A model generated the notes under the pieces. That model saw only the letters and a program-made list of their open reading frames with translations, was not told the DNA's origin and did no database searches. From contig NGBS01000617.1 of the NCBI GenBank assembly GCA_002245135.1, forward strand, positions 60,575 to 80,574: 20,000 nucleotides of DNA. Reading direction: 5' to 3'. Below, piece after piece: positions 11,080-20,000 of the stretch (positions within the stretch are counted from its first letter, which is position 1; each line of letters starts with the position of its first letter). This DNA comes from Proteromonas lacertae. Its lineage: Eukaryota. The position numbers and the translations under genes were made by a program.

Positions 11080-11400
11080 ATAAAAGAAGTAGCTTTATAA
11101 TATATGAAAAGATTAGTAGAAGTATATCAATTACAATTCAATAGAGATAACTTCGTTGTAGGTATAAGAAATGCTTTAGAAAGCAAATTATCAAAATTCA
11201 TGATTATAAAACGAGAAGTAGATGATTCTAAATTCTTAACTTATCCAATGGCTAGTAGTTTAATAAATGTAAGTAAATTATGTTCAAGAAGGTGATAATT
11301 TAACAATAATAGAAGCTATGGAAATGTAAAATATGTTGACTTCCTCGAATAGATACAAGATTGCCAAAATTTAGTTGAATGATTTGTTTTTTAAGAAAAA
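11080..11400 (+). pseudogene. PCCA: PCCA-like C-terminal biotinyl-domain fragment
   Basis: MKRLVEVYQLQFNRDNFVVGIRNALESKLSKFMIIKREVDDSKFLTYPMASSLINVS, then after a frameshift EGDNLTIIEAMEM*NML (degenerate EAMKMQNVL, biotin-accepting Lys replaced by Glu). Confidence 0.7.
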
Positions 11401-11562
11401 GGTTCAATTTATCAGTTAGTTATAAATAAATATGTCTTAATGACTTAGTTAAATTGTTTTTATGGGATAAACGATTGAAATAGAGCTTAAGATAGTTATT
11501 CAGATAGTAAATAAGTCAAACAGTTTAAAAAATAATAGTATTTATTAATTAATTAACAAAAA

Positions 11563-11908
11563 TAAGCCCTAGCTTCCTATAGGAGGCAGGTGCTCAAATT
11601 TTATAAAATATTAAAAAATATTCAAGCCGAGCTTGTGTTATCACACATTATATTTTGAGCATTCTCATCTAATAGTAAGATATTTAATAAAAAAACTGGA
11701 GATCCTGTGTACAGTTATTATGTACAATAGGTTGGGATCAAAAATGCTCAAATCATTAAAAGATCGTGAAATTAGACCAAAAAATAGTTGTGCTATCTCT
11801 ACCATCTTCTCAGAATCTCTTAATTAAGCAATTATAGTCAAGTAATATAAAATATTAGAGTCAAACTCTAACTAGATTAGGCGAGTTCAAATTTTGAACA
11901 CGCGTCTA
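11563..11908. mobile_element. hAT-like terminal region with GTGYTCAAA motifs in inverted pairs and palindromes (mirror at 7459-7803)
   Basis: agccctagcttcctataggaggcaggtgctcaaa ... tttgagcat ... atgctcaaa ... gcgagttcaaattttgaacacgcgtcta. The reverse-complement end TAGACGCGTGTTCAAA resembles TAGRGGTGTYCAAA hAT TIRs and the ends at 5811 and 5816. Confidence 0.55.
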
Positions 11909-12139
11909 AACCCAAACTTCCCTTTTACTCTATCTTCAATTTGATTATTATTCAAAAGATTATAATTACATCCCATACTAGATATTAATTCAAAATTTAT
12001 ACATTTAATCTCAGTATTAGCTTTTATTGTTGAATCATCTAAAGCTATATATAGGCATAAATCCATTGTAATATATTGGTATAAATGTATAGTTATTAAT
12101 TTTAAATTCAATAAATAAAAAATAAATCTTGTATATATT

Positions 12140-12778
12140 GTTGTTCCCCGTATGGCGGAAATCCCCGTATGGCGGAACTCTATATTGCAGAATGATTCAA
12201 TCAAAACTAATATGATATTCATGATGTTCGGAGTTAGTTATTAACAAATATATAGTTAGTTTGTCATATGACCTACATCTGTGATATACTTTTTTATGAA
12301 CTTCATTATTATCAATATTAAACTAATTTTTGTATATTTTCTATTTTAATGTATCAGTGACTACTACAGTCTAAAATACATTATCTGATATGAATAGAAT
12401 ACATTATTTTTAATGTTAAGATAATAAAAAAGGAAATTAAAGAGGCAGGCTTGAGTGAGGCTTGAACTTATTTTTTCTTTTTTCTTTTTTTAACCTCCTT
12501 AACATTAAAAATAGTGAATTCTATTCATATCAGATAATGTCATTTAGACTGTAGTAGTCACTGATACATTAAAATAGAAAATATACAAAAATTAGTTTAA
12601 TATTGATAATAATGAAGTTCATAAAAAAGTATATCGCAGATGTAGGTCATATGACAAACTAACTATATATTTGTTAATAACTAACTCCGAACATCATGAA
12701 TATCATATTAGTTTTGATTGAATCATTCTGCAATATAGAGTTCCGCCATACGGGGATTTCCGCCATACGGGGAATAAC
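12140..12778. mobile_element. Non-autonomous foldback/MITE-like element: ~280-bp TIRs, ~75-bp spacer, flanked by 7-bp direct repeat ATATATT
   Basis: 12140-12420 is the reverse complement of 12498-12778. Ends GTTGTTCCCCG / CGGGGAATAAC. Two tandem TCCCCGTATGGCGGAA units near each end. ATATATT at 12133-12139 and 12779-12785. Confidence 0.9.
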
Positions 12779-12789
12779 ATATATTATTG

Positions 12790-13234
12790 ACCAACTTGTT
12801 TGCCTTTTTGTCACTGGACCAAATTTTACACGGCTGGTAAGAATCAACATCTAGTACATTTTAAAAGGGGATTGTTGTTGCTATTGCTATGGTGATGAAA
12901 CTGGTGATAAGTTTAAGAATTAATCTTCTTCACAAGATGATTCATTATAAGTATGTGATAATTTATTACTAAATTATAAGCATTATTCCGTGTAGAGGTT
13001 GACATAGCTGTAATTGATGATTTGAAATGTAAATTTATATTCTCATTGATGATTGGTTAAAAACCCAATGTAAGTCGTTATTGATTGGCTTCATTCTAGC
13101 TTCTCCTGTTAATTCATCTACATAATATTCACCATGCTCAACTAAAATCTTACCAATTTTGTTTTCTTATGTTAGAATAAGTATACTGTAAATCTATTAT
13201 GTCTAATTCCACCTTTTGGACGTGTTATGGCCAT
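12790..13234 (-). pseudogene. Possible 5' part of a small or decayed gene, head-to-head with the ankyrin gene
   Basis: ATG at 13234 (MAITRPKGGIRHNRFT), a plausible short intron, then ILVEHGEYYVDELTGEARMKPINNDLHWVF. The frame is then lost. No family recognised. Confidence 0.25.
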
Positions 13235-13548
13235 TTTTAATTATATAGAAAACAATATTTAAAAACTATAAAACGTAAAAATGGTGAACTAATTTTTGTT
13301 TATTTCAATAACCCAAGTTTTTTAAAAACTTTAAATAACAATATATAACAATTAAACAACATAATAACAATATATATTCCTTCTGTTCTTACATTAATTT
13401 CTCAAGACTAGCCATACTTTCTTCTAAATAATGTAAGAAACTCATAATAATGTTATCCCATAATTAGCTGGATTTAATAAATAACGATTTTAAAAAACCA
13501 TCAAACCTCAAGCATTTTTCAAATTTCTAATTTGAATATATATCAACA

Positions 13549-14478
13549 ATGGAAGTCCCAATGAGTTTTTTAAAATCTGTTCCAAGTATATTGAGATTAT
13601 TTATCATGTATTTAGCGGATCAAGAGTTAAGGATTTCGTTTTTTGTTGAATAGAACAGATGATTAAAGAAGAATATGTATATTTTATTTTAATTTAATTT
13701 ATATAGAATATTAAAGCTCAGAAATCAGATTCAGTATAATGCTTAAAAGATTTATATATATAGACAATAAATGATATAGGTCAAGCCACAAACAATTTAT
13801 CCCATCAATTATCAACATTGCAACAATTGTATTTATCAAAAGTAGAAAATATCAAAAAAGTATAAGTTAATAGGATAATTCTTACAAAAATAGAAAAATA
13901 AAGATTTGGAAGAAAAGTTTAATCTTCAATACGAAGTAGTTGATCAATTGGAAGCGGAAAATGTTAAATTGAAAACATTTACTAGAAATGATCAAAAGAG
14001 GGAAAATATCTGTTGAAAATGTAGAAAGTGAAGATTTACAATCATCTGATGATATTAAAACGACACAAATAGATAAAGTGAAAGAAAGTAATCAAAATGA
14101 TTATGAAAAGTATCTATATATACATAATATTATATTTTGTATAGTATAAAGAATATTGTGATATTTGTAAATCAACTTCTCAGTCATAACACTATCATCT
14201 CAATGGATAATGAAACAAAACAAATTGTTCTCATTATCAGTATATATATAACAGTTAAAAATTTGTATTTGTAAAATAGGAAGATGCTATAAGAACATGG
14301 CAAAATAGTTTTGGAATAAGTCCAGCAGTTATAAGAAATGGAACAATAGATAAATACAAATCAATGGCTTTGTTACACGTTGCTGCATTGAAAGGTAATA
14401 ATAATATAATCAATATATTAATGAATGAATATAATGGTGATGTAAATGTAGTAGATATTGTATATAAAAATATATTAT

Positions 14479-14516
<38 letters not shown>

Positions 14517-15702
14517 GGAAGAACTCCATTACATTATGCATGTCAAGAGAATAAAAGAGACACTTGTAAGTTACTAGTGGAAGAATATCATGCAGATATG
14601 AATAAGAAAGATTCGTCAGAGTATATTTTATTGTTATTATATTGTTATAGTAAAACTCCAATTGAATTTGCTCTTAGTACAAGAGATCAAAAATCAATAA
14701 AAGATTCATTAGAATATTTGTTAAATTATACACCTAATGAAAGTAATGAAAATTCAAAGATTTCAACTGAATCAAGTGAAGAAATTGACATTGAAACTGT
14801 AAATGGAATTGAATCTGAAATATATAAGTCTATATTGGAGATATTGATTAAATGGAATAATTAATGCAATTCCTCATTCTGATTATAAAAAGAAAATAAA
14901 TGAATTAATAAGAATAATATCAAACAAACCATCCAATGAAATTGATTCAGTATTTGAAAATTTATTCGTTTTATTATTTCCAAAATGATATTCTTTGTAC
15001 ACCTGGTTGTATTTTTACACTAGAATTCTTTTCAGATAATATGTGTTTATGAAGAATGTAAAGAAATAATCAACTTCATTAAATCCAATAGTATTATTAA
15101 TTTACCCAATGTTTATCATTATTAACAAGTCTATTAAATATGTTTTCAATCCATTCACCATCTTCAAAGAGTAGTAAATCATCTTCAATACATCCAAATG
15201 ACTGTAATAATAATTCAAATAATACACACTTCATTCCTGGATCAAGTATACTAGGTGTAAATTATTATTATATTTGTCTGTTAATAAATGATAAAGATAC
15301 ATCCTCTTCTGATTATTACATACCAAACTTAGTAATGAAAAGAATTAAACCTGTATATAATAATAATAATAATATTTTAATTTTTTAATAGCCTGAAGAA
15401 GGTAATAGATTGGAAATGAACATAAATTACTCAATAAAATCCATCAATTATTACCAATAACAGAAAAGAGATCAGTCAAATTATTATGGGGACCTTTTAG
15501 TAAGAAAGAAGATGCGTTGAAATTTAAGAAGTCATTATTCATTAAACTTCCAACTCCAACAATTACAGCCAATGAAGATGATATAAAGAACTATTATAAG
15601 AATATTAAAGAAATCAGTATTATTAATATTATTATTATTATTATATAGGTAAAGAACTAATTACAACATAGATTCAAGTATCTTAATGTATTAATAAATT
15701 AA
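13549..15702 (+). CDS. Multi-exon ankyrin-repeat protein with N-terminal coiled-coil; several 1-nt frame breaks; exact model uncertain
   Basis: Ankyrin motifs ALLHVAALKGNNNIINILMNEYNGDVNVVD, GRTPLHYACQENKRDTCKLLVEEYHADMNKKD and KTPIEFA. Many ~30-50 nt GT-AG AT-rich introns (e.g. ~13677-13706, 13860-13893, 14460-14514). Coiled-coil-like exons such as VVDQLEAENVKLK. Confidence 0.7.
14483..14513. repeat. (TA)n microsatellite inside an intron
   Basis: ~15 TA units before the acceptor AG; explains the YIYIYI runs in ORFs 14364 and 14410. Confidence 0.9.
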
Positions 15703-15716
15703 GAAGTAAACTCATT

Positions 15717-16652
15717 TTAAAACTTTAATGGATGAAATATTTTGTTCTGTAATGAAGGATTCGATCTAAATTTATACCACTGCGTTTTATTAAAACTTTT
15801 CCCAAAATGCAATTCCTACATTTTCTTTTGGTATAATTCCTACTTTCAATTTACTATAAATGGCAGTCTCAGGAATACTAGCTTCAGAAGCAGCATGCAT
15901 TCCTAAAGCCAAATTCTTTTCAAATATACTGAATAAACTCTGTGACCATCTTTGAAATATTCTCTACATGTATACAAACCTCCTTTTGGTGAATGTTTAC
16001 TTCTAAAGTTCTGATATTCCTGTAACACAAATTGACCATCTCCACTTGTATGTTTTTTTTACCAAACCAAATGTAATGAGATCATAATTACTATCTTCAT
16101 ATTTCGACATTATTGAGTATATATTACCTGTTACTCCTATATCTTGTTCTATAATCCAAATGTAAGTATATATCTGTTTTAGTCTTTATACCACATAATA
16201 ATTGATTCTGTGTGTGTTATCCATAAAATTGATCTTATTCCTCTACATCTCTTAGCCATCTCCTCTAACTTTGGATATTTACGTTTTACTTCTCCTAATG
16301 GAATAATTGTTGTGGAGTTAAATAGCTTAGTACTATTAATGTATGGAGACGATAAAAGAAGGTGCATATCATAATACGATGGTAATTGAGACCTCCATTT
16401 CTGATATCGTTCATTTGTGAAATAGTCGGGTTTACAGCTCTTATTAAAACTGCATAATATCGTTTCGGTGTTTTAGTGGTGTTTTCTGATAATGGATTAT
16501 CAATACTCATTTCATCTTGGTTATTTTGGTAGGCAAACCGTGTAATTTCATTCTCTGTGACTAATTTTCTGTAACTGAATAGAAATAAAAGAATGGCAGC
16601 AGGATATAATAAAGGAAACATCAATAAATCAAAAAATATATTCGTTTTACAT
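15717..16652 (-). CDS. Intronless type II membrane protein, glycosyltransferase-like; broken by several 1-nt indels
   Basis: N-terminal hydrophobic anchor LMFPLLYPAAILLFLFSY. Joining frames gives ...WITHTESIIMWYK..YTYIWIIEQDIGVTGNIYSIMSKYEDSNYDLITF...HAASEASIPE...NKIFHPLKF*. The WIIEQD acidic motif and C-terminal HPLK resemble GT-A-like families. Confidence 0.5.
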
Positions 16653-17346
16653 TATCTGAAATAAAATATAATACATTTTCATATTTTTTTGATATTCTTT
16701 TCTAATTATATTCTTATTGCTATATAAAACATCAATTTTGTTTTATTCTTGAAAAATCAATTTTGAACTTACTCTCTCAACATTCCAATGAAATGGATAA
16801 ATCGTTCACATCCTAATCTCTTGCATACTATATAACAGTGAAAATAAGTGGTTTTTATTGTCATTTCATTCTTTTAAATATTGGGTGTTCGAAAATAAAG
16901 CTTGGTCAGTTCGAGCAAAACTGTCATTTTTCATTTTTGTAATTATCTCATGAAATAGAAATATTTCATCGTATATTTGCAGTTTAGAGAGTATGTATTA
17001 AGGTATATATAATATATATAAAATTATCTCACTCTCTTTTACTCAATATTTCTAATGACTAAAATATTTTGCCTGAAATAATAATTAATGAAAGGTTATT
17101 CATACTGTATGAAGAAATTTTATATTATTTATCACATATCTCTAATGATTATTCATTTCGGATGATCTCTGAGTGTTCATTGATTACAATATAAAAATAA
17201 TGAAAGAGATGTGATTATTTATGCTATTCACCATTTATCTTTATTCTATTTTCTCATATTTATTTTTTATAGGTATTTATAATGAAACTAACACAATGTA
17301 TATTATAGTTATAAAATGTTTTAATATATATGTAAGAATAATGTAA

Positions 17347-20000
17347 TTAATCATATTTCTTTTTAGTAATTTGAGTTAATATATCAGGATTTCTATAAAT
17401 CTGTAATACGTACAACGATAACTGATATTCATCTTTCAAATGACCTTTATAATGTAAATATCTCGCAATATACACAGCATCACACAAATATAGTAAATCT
17501 TCGCTATCTATGATTTCTTCATACAAAACTTGCCAAGGTCTTGAACTAAATATACTTCTCACTACTTGACCAATTGCTACGACTATTACTGCATAAAATG
17601 TAATAACTCCTAATCCATTGATAGATATTAACAAATCACCAATCACTCCTTGCATAGCTTTATCACTAATAACAATAATACCAAGATCATCACTAGTTTC
17701 CCAATAACAATTCAATCGATTCATACATCTATAATTTAAAGTCATATTCTTCCATTCAGTTTGTTGTGTATCTATTAGCAGTGGTGTTGTTGATGCTGTT
17801 AATCTTAATACACGAGGATAGGCATTCTCTAATACTAAAGAAGCATTTTCTTGTTGAGTTAAAATCTTGATTAATTGAGCTTCTTCATTTTCATTCATTG
17901 GAATAATATGAGAATCATAAACTTCAAGAGCATTCTATATATATTGCATAAATAATAATAATTATTATATATACAGATGGTGCAAGTCTTTTAAATAAAA
18001 GATCAATTGAAAATGTTTCTTGAGTAGTTTCATTATGTAATAAACTCAACAGCAATTGTCTGTTGGGTGGAGACATACCCCAAAGATCATTGGCAAATGG
18101 TTGAAGTTGTACTTCTTGTCCACAGTCTTTATGATGAGGTAAATATACTATTTAATAATAATTATTTTTAATAAATACATTGTGATGGTATTTTCTTCTC
18201 TAACTCAAAGAATTCATCTTGAGTTAATGGTCTTAATATTTTCATTTTGTCTCCTGTAAATAGTTTATAATCTCCATTGATAGTCTATTGTTATAAATAA
18301 CAATAATAAATAATTATACATGAATATTAACACTCATCTCCAAGTTTGTTATTGGATTAGTTGAAAGTGTTGGATTTCCTGCACTAAATAATACAATTGG
18401 TGCTACAACAGATATAATCAGCAAAGCCAACATTCCAAATGGATATAATTTATCTATCCAATCTCTTTTTGTCTACTTTTATACTCAGGATCACCATTTC
18501 TCATTGCCATCTATATAGAATATATATAATAATTGATACAATGCATCTATTTTGAAATAGAAATGAAATAATCTCTTCAATTTTCATCCACATTTGAAAT
18601 GTAACAACTGTTTCAGAACTTACATGATCTAAGAACATTCTAATTTCCCATAAGAATGGACAATAACGATAAGCCATATGAATAGCAAAAACAACGTAAT
18701 ATGTATAATAACTATAATCTTCAATATAACCAGTAGTAACTATTCCTTGAACATAGCCATAGTATATTTGTAAAGCACCAACATACAAATAAATAACACC
18801 AAAAATGTAAAACCATTCTAATAAAGATGTTTCTGACATGAATTTTTGTGAATAAAATGGAGCATAAAAGAAACAGAATAGATGTAATAAACAGGTAATA
18901 ACTACTTGCATAATTATCTTTAACAATAAACTTCTTCTAATATAACAGATTCTTTCAACTACCATAATAAATATCACCACTATCATTGAATAAAAGTTGT
19001 TGTACTGAATTGACTGTTTAAAAATTGATCTTGAACAGCTGTAATATCAGCACTGGATGTGATTTGACCAAAGAAAAGTAATACAAATATCAACATAATA
19101 AATTGAATAAATGCAATAACTAAATACAAATCTGCGCCAACTTTCTTGGGACTGTTTTGGATGTCAATGCATCAATGGAAGCTGTACCAACACCTGATCT
19201 TCTTAAGAACTTTAATAACCACATTGGAAACAAATGGTACTTTATGAATTGGTTTTGTTCTGTTTGATTTGTATAAACTGATTTGCTGGCTATTTCAAGA
19301 TCAATTTCAGATTGAGTATCATAACGATTATCAACATATAAACCCATATACTATTTAATACATTAATAATAAACATATAATATACATTTAGCATGAAGAT
19401 ATGAAATAGAATAGCTACAAATAATATCAAATAACCACTTAATGATTGTATTAAACTACTATTCATATAATCTTCTCCTCTTTGTTAATTCCAATTAAAT
19501 CTAATATTTGGACATGATCTAAACCATCTGGAACTATTTTTGATGGACAAAAAGGCTATAAATTATATAAATATAAATAATATATACATATATGCTTGGA
19601 TAATATTGATTACCCTTTATTTCTGACAAAACAATGGTAATTGATAAGTATAATTTGTGATAAAAACAATCCATATAAATTCCATTAGAAATATCCAATA
19701 CTTTGATGATGGTAATGGTGAATCGATTGTCGAATAACAAAACATTGAAAAAAGAATAATAAAAGATATCAAATTACTGTCATAAATAGCAACAACAACT
19801 GCACCAACATAAACTAAAAATTCACTATTACTCATACAAATATAAGATATTAATGATATAATATCTTTTGGATATTTATATTTTTTACCCATTAATAAGA
19901 TTGGATTAATTGTATGTTTTGTAAGCCATTTTACTATGTAATGATAGATTCTATAAGCTCCTAACTTGTGGAATTCTTCGCCTGCTTCTTCATCAGATAT
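17347..20000 (-). CDS. PIEZO: Piezo-type mechanosensitive channel, C-terminal part (last THUs, anchor, outer helix, cap, inner helix, CTD); 5' end outside the window
   Basis: Motifs ILFHIFML|YMGLY, VGADLY, MVVERICYIRRS, LQIYYGY, YRYCPFLWEIRMFLDH...WMKIEEI, PIVLFSAGNP, GVITFYAVIVVAIGQVVR, YEEI...LLYLCDAVYIAR, IYRNPDILTQIT. Introns at 19556-19587, 19351-19385, 18511-18539, 18285-18319, 18148-18178 and 17935-17974. Confidence 0.95.

Larger units (their letters stand above)
10444..11922 (+). repeat. Right arm of ~1.47-kb inverted duplication (probable donor copy)
   Basis: Reverse complement of 7445-8921 with a few substitutions and 1-nt indels (e.g. ttgggatc vs ttggaatc, tatctctacc vs tatccctacc). 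The kinase reading continues from the spacer into this arm. Confidence 0.97.

Noticed and set aside
11881..11909. Hairpin GTTCAAATTTTGAAC plus CTAA as a canonical Helitron 3' end
   Set aside because: Not followed by T, no matching 5' TC end identified, and the reverse complement fits hAT-like TIRs better. Not fully excluded.
12145..12178. Tandem TCCCCGTATGGCGGAA resembling CRISPR repeat starts (GTTCCCCG...GCGG)
   Set aside because: Only two abutting units with no spacers, inside TIRs in a eukaryotic context; no cas genes.
11887..12222. 111-aa minus-strand ORF
   Set aside because: Chimeric: starts in the foldback TIR and ends in the inverted-repeat arm.
14410..14661. Minus-strand ORF with YIYIYI
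   Set aside because: Antisense to ankyrin exons and a (TA)n intron.
17300..17349. Blastocystis-type polyadenylation-created stop codons (TGTTTGTT motif)
   Set aside because: Piezo, the giant repeat gene and the GT-like gene all have encoded stops, and I saw no clear motif downstream.
19617..19622. AAA-TAA as Euplotes-style programmed frameshift, or stop-codon reassignment
   Set aside because: The other frame breaks lack this motif, long ORFs read with the standard code, and homopolymer indels explain the breaks.

Overview
Very AT-rich eukaryotic DNA with short (~29-41 nt) GT-AG introns, consistent with a compact protist genome. A stramenopile of the Blastocystis/Proteromonas type is my inference. 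Left (1-4334): 3' part of a giant gene encoding cadherin/Ig-like repeats and an ELWxxDGT beta-propeller, with one frame break near 1225. Middle (~4750-12780): a transposon/pseudogene island. It holds a truncated hAT transposase and hAT-like termini, and a ~1.47-kb near-perfect inverted duplication (7445-8921 / 10444-11922). The arms are patchworks of decayed host-gene pieces (kinase, propionyl-CoA carboxylase alpha, Hsp70) and the spacer holds an intron-retaining MCM5 pseudogene. An older diverged copy of the same PCCA+terminus module lies at ~5816-6700. A foldback element with ~280-bp TIRs and a 7-bp direct repeat lies at 12140-12778, with a solo TIR at 6942. Right: a multi-exon ankyrin-repeat gene (+), an intronless glycosyltransferase-like type II membrane gene (-), and the C-terminal part of a multi-exon Piezo channel gene (-). 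Most frameshifts in the right-hand genes are 1-nt homopolymer indels, most likely long-read errors.
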